Assembly (NCBI GenBank): GCA_030647105.1
Contig: JAUSJW010000003.1
Location: 1 to 39,678, forward strand
Direction of reading: 5' to 3'
Length of the DNA stretch: 39,678 nucleotides
From: Nanobdellota archaeon
GTDB lineage: Archaea > Nanobdellota > Nanobdellia > Woesearchaeales > WJIZ01
The first letter of the stretch is position 1. Every line of letters starts with the position of its first letter. The position numbers and the translations under genes are program-made. This document shows positions 8,676 to 17,742 of this stretch, piece after piece. The notes under the pieces were generated by a model. That model was not told where the DNA came from. It saw only the letters and a list, made by a program, of their open reading frames with translations, and made no database searches.

Positions 8676-9765
8676 GCCCGCGCCAAAGCCGGTCGTGGAG
8701 AAAATCGAGGATGTCGCGACCGAAATCTACCAGACAATTCTCAAAAAGCAGCAGCCCCAGCTCAAGATGCCGCTGCGCGCCCTCACCAACGTCAAGTACG
8801 ACCCCAAGGAGGGCTACTTTGAATTAATCGACAAGACTAAGACCAGAACGCTCACCGCTTCCTCCGTAAAAACCTTCGCGCAAACGCTCAGGATGATGGC
8901 GCTCTCAAAGCAGCTCGTCGCAACGGACGACATCGCGACCAAGAGGGAAGCGTATTACGTCAGCAAGAACTGGGACGACGCCCGCTTCATGAGCCAGCCG
9001 GAATCTGACGCGGTCATGGACGACGTGGAATCCATGATGCTTGTCAACCGCGAGCAGATTGGCTTCATCCCCGAAGAAAAAGGCGGAGAAATCGCGGGCC
9101 AGCTCATCGTTATCGACAAGGACACCGATACGGGAAAAGAATTGCGCATCGATTGCACCAAGTTCGGCTCTGGTTCCTACTCTATCCCCAGTTCCGTAGA
9201 GAGCCTCAAGTTCGAGACGAAAGCGAAGTTCATACTCGCGATTGAAACGGCAGGTATGTTCCAGCGCCTCGTCAAGCACAACTATTGGAAGAAGGCGAAT
9301 TGCATTCTCATCTCCTTAGGAGGCGTTCCGACACGGGCCTGCCGAAGATTCATCCGCCGCTTAAGCGACGAAATCAAGCTGCCCGTGTATGTCTTCACCG
9401 ACGGAGACCCTTACGGATACGCGAATATCTACAGAACACTCAAAGTCGGCTCCGGGAACGCGGCGCACATCAACCAGTATTTCTGCGTGCCAAACGCGCA
9501 GTTCATCGGCGTGACGCCGCAGGACATCATCGACTACAAGCTTCCAACGCACCCGCTCAAGGATGTCGACGTCAAGAGAATTAAGGACGCCATCAAAAAC
9601 GACCCCTTCATCCAGCACTTCAAGCCCTGGCAGAAAGCCATGAACCAGATGGTGGCGATGAAGGTGCGTGCGGAGCAGCAGGCCCTCGCGAAGTGGGGAT
9701 TGAACTTTGTCATCGACAAGTACTTGCCAGACAAGATGGCGAATCCCAAGACGTGGCTGCCTTAG
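8668..9765 (+). CDS. top6A: DNA topoisomerase VI subunit A (Spo11 family)
   Basis: [10 protein letters not shown] (catalytic Tyr), [28 protein letters not shown]. Confidence 0.97.
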   Translation: MTKPAPKPVVEKIEDVATEIYQTILKKQQPQLKMPLRALTNVKYDPKEGYFELIDKTKTRTLTASSVKTFAQTLRMMALSKQLVATDDIATKREAYYVSKNWDDARFMSQPESDAVMDDVESMMLVNREQIGFIPEEKGGEIAGQLIVIDKDTDTGKELRIDCTKFGSGSYSIPSSVESLKFETKAKFILAIETAGMFQRLVKHNYWKKANCILISLGGVPTRACRRFIRRLSDEIKLPVYVFTDGDPYGYANIYRTLKVGSGNAAHINQYFCVPNAQFIGVTPQDIIDYKLPTHPLKDVDVKRIKDAIKNDPFIQHFKPWQKAMNQMVAMKVRAEQQALAKWGLNFVIDKYLPDKMANPKTWLP

Positions 9766-9801
9766 GAATTTTTTATTCTTCTTAGAATTCTCTTACAGGC
9801 C

Positions 9802-9820
9802 TGGAATTTTTTTGTCAGGA
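9802..9820 (+). promoter_or_regulatory. 19-bp upstream motif, copy 1
   Basis: TGGAATTTTTTTGTCAGGA immediately 5' of the TATA-like TTTTATAG. 18/19 identical to 10445-10463. Confidence 0.55.
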
Positions 9821-9853
9821 TTCATTTTATAGCATCACGCATTTTTCTAAGTC

Positions 9854-10438
9854 ATGCCAAGAACGTTTTACCAGCCTCCATGGGAGATTCGCCAAGAAGA
9901 TATCCGAGATTTAGAAGATGCGCTCACCCGTCTTGTTTCAGGAGCGCCTCCGCCTAGACGAATCAGAAGAAGCCGTCCACATAATATTTTTACAGAATTT
10001 GAAGTGAAGGTGATGCAGGAGCTCAAGGGCACTCGTGAGTTCCCTCCAGCCGGATGGATAACCTATGATCTCGCGTTCCATCAAGAGGGGGAACCGTATC
10101 TTCTTCTTAGAGGGTGGACTCCCAGTTTCTCCTTTGAAAAGGCAGGATTCAAAAAAGAATACGAGATTGAATTGCTCCAAATTGGTACTCCTCATGTAGA
10201 TGAAGGGGGAACAAGGTACAAATCAGTCACTCAAGAAGAACTAGAATTTGGACGACTGCACGCGGGAAGCGAAAAACTCTATGATGATCATCGCTCTGAA
10301 ATTCAAAGGGCCTACACAGATTTGAATCAGAGGGGAGTCGAGTTCATTGTCTTTCGCACCTATCGCGGCTGGCCCGCGTGCTGGGACAGCTTGCATTTCT
10401 ACTCCCTGGATGCTTTCAAGGATATCCAAGGCAAATAG
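9854..10438 (+). CDS. Hypothetical protein (194 aa)
   Basis: Clean ATG-started ORF behind a TATA-like box. No family recognised. Confidence 0.7.
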   Translation: MPRTFYQPPWEIRQEDIRDLEDALTRLVSGAPPPRRIRRSRPHNIFTEFEVKVMQELKGTREFPPAGWITYDLAFHQEGEPYLLLRGWTPSFSFEKAGFKKEYEIELLQIGTPHVDEGGTRYKSVTQEELEFGRLHAGSEKLYDDHRSEIQRAYTDLNQRGVEFIVFRTYRGWPACWDSLHFYSLDAFKDIQGK

Positions 10439-10444
10439 TCCTTT

Positions 10445-10463
10445 TGGAATTTTTCTGTCAGGA
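10445..10463 (+). promoter_or_regulatory. 19-bp upstream motif, copy 2
   Basis: TGGAATTTTTCTGTCAGGA immediately 5' of the TATA-like TATTTAAG. Confidence 0.55.
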
Positions 10464-10496
10464 GATTATTTAAGAAAGAATTCGTTCTCAAGGAGG

Positions 10497-11708
10497 ATGA
10501 AACCGCAAGTCTATTATCCCGTGCATGAGGCAGGGCGTATCCGTAAGCCAGATAAGATTGAGGAACAAATAGCTCTTAGCGTAGCCGCATATATTCTCAG
10601 TATCAGTCCTACTGCAAGATTCGACTTAAGCGTCAACGGTGGATGGAGGGACAAAAAGCCAGTGCTCTTCTTAGGGGGAAACGTCTCAGGGGAAGTATGC
10701 GATACGCCCAATTTCTATAAGGGGTTAGAATTCGCCGCTAGGAGGATTTACTGCTCATTGTATTCTGATCAGGCTCTGCAAACGGTTGTCTTCGCTATCA
10801 ATTCGCAGACTGCAGATCTTGCTAGAAATATCGAGCGGGAAGGAAAAGTGGGGGATACCGGAGAAGCCGTAGCAGTTGCGTATAGGCACACTCCCTATCG
10901 CTTGCCTGTAGAGCGCACTCTCGCTTCAGGATTGGTGAGGCTTTTTGATGAAATCTATGCTAATCACGGCGCAGTGCCGAGAGAGTTTTCGTCTGTTGTA
11001 GGTAGCGCAGAATTTTACGAGCTCAGGGGAGATGGAAAAATAGGAGTCAGAGCAAGCTATGAAGGGGCAAAGTTCCGAGATGTGCGGAAAATTATTCTTG
11101 CTTTGCAGCATGGCTCTGAAAACAAGGTGGAATACGTAAGGGAACTCGCTAGAAAAATAACGGAGAGATACCTATACCTTTTCTCGGAGAGAATGGGTCT
11201 GCAATTAGGAACGCCTGAGATTGTGGTCAATAATTGTGGGCCATTCACCAACGGAGGATGGCGCACCGACCACGGGAGTCGGGAGGCTAAGCCCCATATG
11301 CAGGCGTTCGGGTCTTGGGGCTGTCTTGAGGATTCTTTGTTGGGGGAAGACCCTTCAAAACCAGGTCTCACCGCGACATTAGCAGCTCGCTGGATTGCAG
11401 TTCAGACCGTAGTCGCAGGGGTCGTTCCCTTTGTAAGGGTGCAGCTCGAGTATACTATCGGGAAGCAGACTCTTGATGCCGTTTTAGTTAACACGCTCGG
11501 AGATGGAGATGAACAGGAACGCGCGCAAAGATGGGTTAATGAACGATTTAAAACAGCAGACTTGACACTGGACTCTTTCATCGACCGCTTCGGGCTTCGA
11601 GAACCTAAGACCTATGAACGGATTCTCAGGAATGGCGGGGACCTTTTTGATGACTGCAACTTGCCTTTTTTCGATGACTCCCAATTACCCTGGAACCGAG
11701 CGGAGTAA
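10497..11708 (+). CDS. metK: Divergent bacterial/eukaryotic-type S-adenosylmethionine synthetase (MetK-like)
   Basis: Colinear motifs: RKPDKIEEQI (GHPDKIADQI), SQTADL (QSPDI), GDTG (GDQG), GDGK (PDAK), GPFTNGG..DHG (GRFVIGGP.GDxG), GEDPSK (GKDPSK), AARWIA. Start moved to the ATG at 10497. Confidence 0.8.
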   Translation: MKPQVYYPVHEAGRIRKPDKIEEQIALSVAAYILSISPTARFDLSVNGGWRDKKPVLFLGGNVSGEVCDTPNFYKGLEFAARRIYCSLYSDQALQTVVFAINSQTADLARNIEREGKVGDTGEAVAVAYRHTPYRLPVERTLASGLVRLFDEIYANHGAVPREFSSVVGSAEFYELRGDGKIGVRASYEGAKFRDVRKIILALQHGSENKVEYVRELARKITERYLYLFSERMGLQLGTPEIVVNNCGPFTNGGWRTDHGSREAKPHMQAFGSWGCLEDSLLGEDPSKPGLTATLAARWIAVQTVVAGVVPFVRVQLEYTIGKQTLDAVLVNTLGDGDEQERAQRWVNERFKTADLTLDSFIDRFGLREPKTYERILRNGGDLFDDCNLPFFDDSQLPWNRAE

Positions 11709-11722
11709 AAATAAAAAGAAAA

Positions 11723-11818
11723 TGACCCTGGTGGGATTTGAACCCACGACCTACAGCTTAGAAGGCTCTAGCGGAAAATTGCTTTTCAGTCGCCCTATCC
11801 AGGCTAGGCTACAGGGCC
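11723..11818 (-). tRNA. tRNA-Arg(TCT) with a 21-nt non-canonical intron at 28/29 (intron 11768-11788)
   Basis: Acceptor GGCCCTG/CAGGGTC, D-arm, T-arm GTGGG-TTCAAAT-CCCAC. Removing TGAAAAGCAATTTTCCGCTAG restores the ACAGC/GCTGT stem and loop CTTCTAA. Confidence 0.92.
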
Positions 11819-11899
11819 ATGCGCCTTCAGAACCTTCCTTCTTTTTTAAACCTTCTTAACGCAAACCATATAAAAGCACCCTGTTTCTAAGCATACAAG

Positions 11900-12619
11900 A
11901 TGAAGAAAGTCCTCTTCGAGCATTCCGGCAAGAAGTACTACGTGAACGACATCTCACAAGACTATCACACTCAGTTTGGATTCTTTAAAGCCGCAGACCT
12001 CAAGAAGAAGCCTGGCACAGTCATCGAGACGAACACAGGCGTCAAAGCGACGATTGGCAATCCCTTCTTCGCTGATATGTACAGAAAAATACAGCGCGGC
12101 GCGCAAATCGTCCCCTTGAAAGATTTAGGCGTTGTCATCGCGAAGACCGGCATGGGAAAAGACGCGGTAGTTGTAGACGCGGGTTCAGGCTCCGGCGCCT
12201 GCGCTCTCTTCTTCGCCCACGTCGCGAAGAAAGTAACGACCTACGAAATCCGGGAAGACTTCTACAAGATTGTCAAAAAGAACATCGAAGACCTGGAAAT
12301 GAAGAATTGTACAATCAAGCTTAAGGACGTCAAATTAGGCATCGACGAGAAGAATGTCGACATCGTCTTCTACGACCTTCCAGACCCCTGGCAGGCGTTA
12401 GACGCCGCGAAAAAAGCCCTCAAAGTCGGCGGCTTCCTCGTCTCCTACTCTCCAACGGTCCCGCAGGTCATGGACTTTGTGAAATCGTTAGAAGGCTTCA
12501 CTCATCTGGAAACCATCGAAATCCTCGAGCGCCAGTGGGAAGTCATTGAAAGAAAAGTGCGCCCCCTCTCGCAGCAGATTGGGCATTCTGGCTTCCTTAC
12601 TTTCGCGCGGAAGATGTGA
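11900..12619 (+). CDS. trmI: tRNA (adenine-N1)-methyltransferase, TrmI/GCD14 family
   Basis: RGAQIVPLKD, VVDAGSGSG, YEIREDF, DLPDPW, YSPTVPQV, VRP..IGHSGFL. Confidence 0.93.
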   Translation: MKKVLFEHSGKKYYVNDISQDYHTQFGFFKAADLKKKPGTVIETNTGVKATIGNPFFADMYRKIQRGAQIVPLKDLGVVIAKTGMGKDAVVVDAGSGSGACALFFAHVAKKVTTYEIREDFYKIVKKNIEDLEMKNCTIKLKDVKLGIDEKNVDIVFYDLPDPWQALDAAKKALKVGGFLVSYSPTVPQVMDFVKSLEGFTHLETIEILERQWEVIERKVRPLSQQIGHSGFLTFARKM

Positions 12620-13568
12620 CCGTTTCTCCCGGCAAATAAATCTGCTTTAGCGTGTATTCAAACCGGTGGAAGCGCGAGCTGTGAATCTCCCGAGGGAAAC
12701 GTTTTCTAAACTCTTCAGTCACCTTCTTCATCTCAGAAGCATTAGCAACAGCAATCTCAATCTCAAGGTCAGGCCCACCGATTGTGCGCATCCGGTAGAC
12801 AACATTCTTGTGCTGCTTCGCGTATTCCTCCATCTCGGAAAGCCGCGACAAGTCATTGAGGTAAAAATCAATCTTGTAAAACTCAACCCCTATCTTCTCA
12901 GCGTCAATCAGCGCGTAATATCCGATGACAATGCCTTCCTGTTCCAGTTGTCGAATCCGGTAGATGGCTCCTTTGGGTGTGAGTCCGACTCTTTTGGCAA
13001 TCGCCGTCACAGGCATGCGCGCGTCTTCGGTGAGCGCCCTCAAAACCTCATAGTCTTTTGCGTCATAGTCCGCCTTCCCACCCCGCCCGATGACCAGCTC
13101 AGCGCGGGAAGGCTTCTCGACCAGGAACTTCATGGGGTAATGAATCATCTCCACGCTCTCGTAGACCTCATAGCGCAAGATATGCTTTCTATACCTCGCG
13201 AGGAAGGAAAACCACCTCTTTGAGAACTCCGGAATCTCTTTCACCCAGACGTAGAAGGCGATGTCAATCTCCCCTTCGAATTTTACCGTCCACATGAAAA
13301 GCGGGTCTTCTCGTAAGAACGCGTAAATCTCCTTTTCCGTTTCAGGACTGATATTCTGCCACTTGACATAGATGCGCAGCGCGTCGTAGCCGAGCTTGCG
13401 CCAGTCGATGACGGCGTGCGTGCTTTTCAGCACCCCGTTCTTCGCGAGCTGCTCCGCCCGGTAGCGCGCGACCTGCTTCGAAACGCCGATTTTCTTCGCA
13501 AGCTGTGAATACGTCTGCCGCGCGTTCCAGTGCAGCTCATAGAGCAGCTTCTTGTAAGTTTTATCCAT
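12597..13568 (-). CDS. Tandem double Lrp/AsnC family transcriptional regulator
   Basis: Two HTH+RAM repeats (NARQTYSQLAKKIG...; DARMPVTAIAKRVG...). Start moved to the ATG at 13568 (MDKTY). Confidence 0.85.
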   Translation of the reverse strand: MDKTYKKLLYELHWNARQTYSQLAKKIGVSKQVARYRAEQLAKNGVLKSTHAVIDWRKLGYDALRIYVKWQNISPETEKEIYAFLREDPLFMWTVKFEGEIDIAFYVWVKEIPEFSKRWFSFLARYRKHILRYEVYESVEMIHYPMKFLVEKPSRAELVIGRGGKADYDAKDYEVLRALTEDARMPVTAIAKRVGLTPKGAIYRIRQLEQEGIVIGYYALIDAEKIGVEFYKIDFYLNDLSRLSEMEEYAKQHKNVVYRMRTIGGPDLEIEIAVANASEMKKVTEEFRKRFPREIHSSRFHRFEYTLKQIYLPGETVTSSARK

Positions 13569-13692
13569 AATTTCACCAAAAATGGACTTTATCTTATAAT
13601 TCTTTTCATTTTGACAAAAAAAGAAGAACATAATTTAATATAATTTATTGTATTTTCAACACTCTATGATAGTTACAGAATGGTGAACCAAG

Positions 13693-14541
13693 ATGGCACT
13701 GATTACACGATTCCAAATTGAACGTCCAGGCTTTGAGCATCTCGTTTTTAGCGAGAGCACAAGCAGGAAGTGGACGGACATGGATAATGGGGGTATTGTC
13801 GCTCCGGACGCTGTGCGCTTTGCCCGCGAGAAAGGGGGTGTACTTCCGAGCGTGCAGGAGGCAGCAGCCTTTAGCATGGAAGCTTACAGTAGAGATTGGA
13901 TGAAGGAAGAAGGCATCTATGGAGCTATCACCCGGTCAGCGACGCTCTATTTTGTTGAAGGAGGAAAAACATACCTTGCGATAGACGACCATCCTGACCC
14001 GGCTCAGAATCTTGTCATGAGATACGCTCGGCAAGGGGGAAAATTAAACTCGAAGAATACGCCCTTGCTCTTGGATAGGGGCGAAGTCGCAGACGCCATC
14101 AAGCGCGCTGAAAGGGATGCAAGACTCCATGAGATTCCAGACACAGGACTCAATCATGAGCACGTGTCTACCGACGACTTAAGCCTTTGCGAGCTGGATA
14201 AGCCGATTGAGGAGTACCCTCACTTCACAAGGAACACCTATGTGAGCTCCTTCTTAGGAGACATCACAGAGGACTATGCGCGTTTCATAACCCCTCGATG
14301 TAATTCAGCGGCAGTCGCTCTGAACCATCCGCATAAGTACCAACGTGGGCAGGAGAAGGGCAGTGAATTCTCAATCAGAAAGCTCGTAGGCGACCAGGTG
14401 CTTGTCAGCGTCGTCATCTTAGATGATATAGTGGGCTCTCCAGGCATCATGGACTGGCACGGATTTCAGCATCTCAGCTCCGCGAGGGCAGTCTACAACG
14501 CAAGAGAGTGGTCGAGAGAGACCGCACCAAAGGTGAAATAA
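13693..14541 (+). CDS. Hypothetical protein, paralogue 1 (possible FGE/C-type-lectin-like fold)
   Basis: SD GGTGA. Shares FxIERPGFE, LPSVxExAA, EAY..W..EG and TR.A.LYF with the next gene. Confidence 0.75.
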   Translation: MALITRFQIERPGFEHLVFSESTSRKWTDMDNGGIVAPDAVRFAREKGGVLPSVQEAAAFSMEAYSRDWMKEEGIYGAITRSATLYFVEGGKTYLAIDDHPDPAQNLVMRYARQGGKLNSKNTPLLLDRGEVADAIKRAERDARLHEIPDTGLNHEHVSTDDLSLCELDKPIEEYPHFTRNTYVSSFLGDITEDYARFITPRCNSAAVALNHPHKYQRGQEKGSEFSIRKLVGDQVLVSVVILDDIVGSPGIMDWHGFQHLSSARAVYNAREWSRETAPKVK

Positions 14542-14542
14542 G

Positions 14543-15421
14543 ATGGCAGTTAAGCAAATCCTTCCAGACCAGTTCACAATTGAACGGCCGGGATTCGAAC
14601 GAGTATTTTTCACGCAGAGCTCTCGCAGACAGTATGTAGGCCCCTCTTACGATGGGGTTCGAATGTGGGAAGCGAGAAAGTTCATGTGGAGAACTTCCGG
14701 AAGCCAGGACGCCCTTCCGAGTGTTCGCGAGGAAGCGGCCTATCGCGTCGAAGCATATGCGCCTGAATGGGCGCGTTCAGAAGGCGCGATGAATAGCCTG
14801 ACCCGAACCGCGAACCTCTACTTCATGAATCGAGGAAAAGTCTATGTCGCCGTAGACGACAAAATGAAGCGCTATCTCAAGCAGTTCGAAAAAGAGACAG
14901 GCGAGCATGGGAAGCAAAAGCTCTACAAAGGCAACCTGATTATGCGCTGTTCTGTCGACCAGATGGCAAAGACGTTCTGGGAAAATAACCAATGGACAGC
15001 CGAGCGCAGAGAAGTGCGTGACGTCCTCGAGAAGGCGGCGGATTTGGGCAGGGTGTACCGGCTGACAGATCGCGTGCGGGAATTCGACTTAAAATCCTCG
15101 GGCGGCGTTGAAGCCTTCGCGGCGGACAAAGCCGTGCGCGCGTATTTCGGCGACCTGGCGGAAGAATATGCGAGAATGGGGGCCATCGAAACAGCAGAAA
15201 TCAGGCTGCTGGAACCAAGAAAAGGCTCCTACCGCCAGGCACCGGAGAATTTTGAGGAGAATCTTGCGGATGGAAAGGTCGTCATTCGCGCGGTAACCCT
15301 CGGCGGGCTAAGAAGTCCGGGAGTACATGATGATTATAATTTTGAGGAGAGGGCGCTAGCAAGAATCATCTTCCATCCAGATTACCATCGCCCTCTCGAG
15401 TTTCCATCACAGAAGAAGTAA
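14543..15421 (+). CDS. Hypothetical protein, paralogue 2 (possible FGE/C-type-lectin-like fold)
   Basis: Starts 1 nt after the paralogue 1 stop and carries the same motif series. Confidence 0.75.
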   Translation: MAVKQILPDQFTIERPGFERVFFTQSSRRQYVGPSYDGVRMWEARKFMWRTSGSQDALPSVREEAAYRVEAYAPEWARSEGAMNSLTRTANLYFMNRGKVYVAVDDKMKRYLKQFEKETGEHGKQKLYKGNLIMRCSVDQMAKTFWENNQWTAERREVRDVLEKAADLGRVYRLTDRVREFDLKSSGGVEAFAADKAVRAYFGDLAEEYARMGAIETAEIRLLEPRKGSYRQAPENFEENLADGKVVIRAVTLGGLRSPGVHDDYNFEERALARIIFHPDYHRPLEFPSQKK

Positions 15422-15422
15422 T

Positions 15423-15884
15423 CTAAAAAAACATCCCGTACACGCGCTCGTCCTCGCCGTCGTAATAGTGCGATTTCAAAGACGTCTCGTGCTTCATGCC
15501 CATTTTTTCATAGAACGCGTGCGCTCGTTTGTTCGACTCGTGCGTGAGCAAAAAGAGCTTCCTGAATCGGCATCCTTCTTTCTTGTAAGCGTTCTGCGCG
15601 TCGTCCACCAGGGCGGAGAACAAGTGCCCGGAAACCCCCTTCCCCTGGTATTCAGGCAGCACCGCAATCCTGTCCAGCTCTACCAATCCATGCTTTGACA
15701 GCCCATGCATATACCAAGAGACAAACCCCGCAATCTTGCCGTTGATGTCAGCGACAATGAAATGGCGGCCCTGCTTGCGTTCCCGCAGGAACGCTTCGCG
15801 CGCGTCATCCGTAGTATCCAGGTTGTAGCTCGCCTTAAGCACTTTTGCGATGCCTTCCGCGTCCGAAGCTTTTGCGGGTCTCAT
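15423..15884 (-). CDS. GNAT family N-acetyltransferase
   Basis: IAVLPEYQGKGVS acetyl-CoA motif, NKRAHAFYEKMG. ATGA overlap with glmS. Confidence 0.9.
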   Translation of the reverse strand: MRPAKASDAEGIAKVLKASYNLDTTDDAREAFLRERKQGRHFIVADINGKIAGFVSWYMHGLSKHGLVELDRIAVLPEYQGKGVSGHLFSALVDDAQNAYKKEGCRFRKLFLLTHESNKRAHAFYEKMGMKHETSLKSHYYDGEDERVYGMFF

Positions 15885-17695
15885 TCAACCGTCACGCTCT
15901 TCGCTAAATTCTTGGGCTTGTCGGGGTCGAAGCCGCGTGCCGTAGCCGCGTAATAAGAGAGCAGCTGCAGCGGAAGCACGGCAAGGAGAGGATTCAATAA
16001 ATAAGAGTTCCGTGGAACATAAATCACTTCGTTGGCCAAGCGCTTAATCTCCGTATCTCCCTTCGAAGCGATGGCGATGATGTGACCGCCGCGCGCCTTC
16101 ACTTCTTGGATGTTGCTGAGAACTTTCTTGTACGTCCTATCATCTTTGGTCACGACAACCACGACCGGCATCTCCTTATCAACTAACGCGATGGGGCCGT
16201 GCTTCATCTCCGCCGCGGGATATCCTTCAGCGTGGACGTAGCTTACTTCCTTGAGTTTCAAAGCTCCTTCAAGCGCGATGGGATAATTGATTCCCCTTCC
16301 AAGATACAGCGCGTTGCGCTTCTTCGCGAACTTCTTCGCCAGCGTCTTAACACTGTCGTGCTCGTCGAGAATCTGCTGCATCTGCAAAGGTAGCAATCGT
16401 AAATCCCGGACTCGGTTGCGCACCTGCTGCTCATCGAGAAGGCCGTTCTTGCGTCCTAAAAACATGGTAAGCAAATAGAGTACGATGACCTGGCCCACGA
16501 ACGCTTTCGTGCTTGCCACTCCAATTTCCGGCCCTGCCTTGGTATAAATGACCGAGTCCGCCTCGCGCGCAATCGAACTTCCAAGCGCGTTGACAATCGC
16601 CAGCACGCGCGCTCCTTTCTTCTTGGCCTCGCGCATCGCCGCGAGAGTGTCAGCGGTCTCCCCACTCTGTGAAATCGCGAGCACCAAGGTTCCTGGCTCT
16701 ATAATCGGGTCCCGATACCTAAACTCGGAGGCGTATTCCACTTCAACCGGAATCTTCGCCACTTCCTCGAGCATGAATTCGCCAATCAAGCCGGAGTGCC
16801 AGCTGGTCCCGCAGGCGACGATGATGATGCGCTTCACGTCCCCGAGCTGTTCAGCGGCTTCTAAAGTGACTCTTCCTTCCCCAATCCGCCCTTCAATCGT
16901 TTCCGTCACAACCTGGGGCTGCTCGAAGATTTCCTTGAGCATGAAATGAGGATAGCCGCCTTTCTCGGCTTTCTTCTCGTCCCAAGTAATTGTATGCGTT
17001 TCAGGCTTGAGCTTTCCACCGTCCTTGCCAAAGAGCTCAACGCCCGTAGCGGTAAGCACCACGACCTCCTGGTTCTTGAGATACACGACTTTGCGGGTAT
17101 GCGCCAGGATGGCGGGAACGTCAGAGGCGACAAAATTCTCACCCTTGCCAACGCCAATGATGAGCGGGCTCTCATTGCGCGTCGCCACGAGGGTCCCTGG
17201 CTCCTTAGCTGAGATAACCGCCAGAGAATACGCGCCTTCCAGCTGAACCACCGCGTTCTGCACCGCTTCCTTCAAGCTGCCGGCATACAAAGAATCGACC
17301 AGATGCGCCACGACTTCAGTGTCTGTCTCGCTCTGGAAGGCATAGCCTTGCGATTGAAGCTTCTTTTTGAGTTCTGAGAAATTCTCGATGATGCCGTTGT
17401 GAACCAGGGAAATCTGGTGCTTTGGGCTCACATGCGGGTGCGCGTTCTTCTGCGTTACCCCTCCATGTGTCGCCCATCTGCAATGCGCGATGCCAATCGT
17501 GCCAACCGCCAAGCTTAGGCCAATCTTCTTCTCAATCGCTTCTATTTTTCCAATATCCTTGCGGATTTCGATTGCGCCGTCATGGACAGTCGCGATGCCT
17601 GCGGAGTCATAGCCCCGATACTCGAGCTTGCGAAGTCCCTCTATCAGTAAGGGCCCCGCCTGCCGCGTTCCGATATACCCTACGATGCCGCACAT
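15881..17695 (-). CDS. glmS: Glutamine--fructose-6-phosphate aminotransferase (isomerizing)
   Basis: MCGIVG, LEYRGYDSAG, RWATHG, SQSGETADT, EMKHGP, NLAKSVTVE. Confidence 0.98.
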   Translation of the reverse strand: MCGIVGYIGTRQAGPLLIEGLRKLEYRGYDSAGIATVHDGAIEIRKDIGKIEAIEKKIGLSLAVGTIGIAHCRWATHGGVTQKNAHPHVSPKHQISLVHNGIIENFSELKKKLQSQGYAFQSETDTEVVAHLVDSLYAGSLKEAVQNAVVQLEGAYSLAVISAKEPGTLVATRNESPLIIGVGKGENFVASDVPAILAHTRKVVYLKNQEVVVLTATGVELFGKDGGKLKPETHTITWDEKKAEKGGYPHFMLKEIFEQPQVVTETIEGRIGEGRVTLEAAEQLGDVKRIIIVACGTSWHSGLIGEFMLEEVAKIPVEVEYASEFRYRDPIIEPGTLVLAISQSGETADTLAAMREAKKKGARVLAIVNALGSSIAREADSVIYTKAGPEIGVASTKAFVGQVIVLYLLTMFLGRKNGLLDEQQVRNRVRDLRLLPLQMQQILDEHDSVKTLAKKFAKKRNALYLGRGINYPIALEGALKLKEVSYVHAEGYPAAEMKHGPIALVDKEMPVVVVVTKDDRTYKKVLSNIQEVKARGGHIIAIASKGDTEIKRLANEVIYVPRNSYLLNPLLAVLPLQLLSYYAATARGFDPDKPKNLAKSVTVE

Positions 17696-17742
17696 AAGAA
17701 AGATAACTTCTCCGGTCTATTTAAACCTTGCCGACTTGGAGC

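Noticed and set aside
10347-10496. N-terminal extensions in the ORF track (MAT-like; also Lrp, ABCE1, NrdR, Zn-finger, membrane protein, permease)
   Set aside because: They overlap neighbouring genes or promoters; homology and TATA/SD spacing favour downstream ATGs.
9766-11722. Integrated element at the tRNA-Arg 3' end (likewise at tRNA-Thr)
   Set aside because: No integrase and no duplicated tRNA 3' end (att site) was found by eye.
13693-15421. Complete diversity-generating retroelement
   Set aside because: No reverse transcriptase, accessory gene or adenine-specific TR/VR pair is present in the window; only a weak fold resemblance remains.
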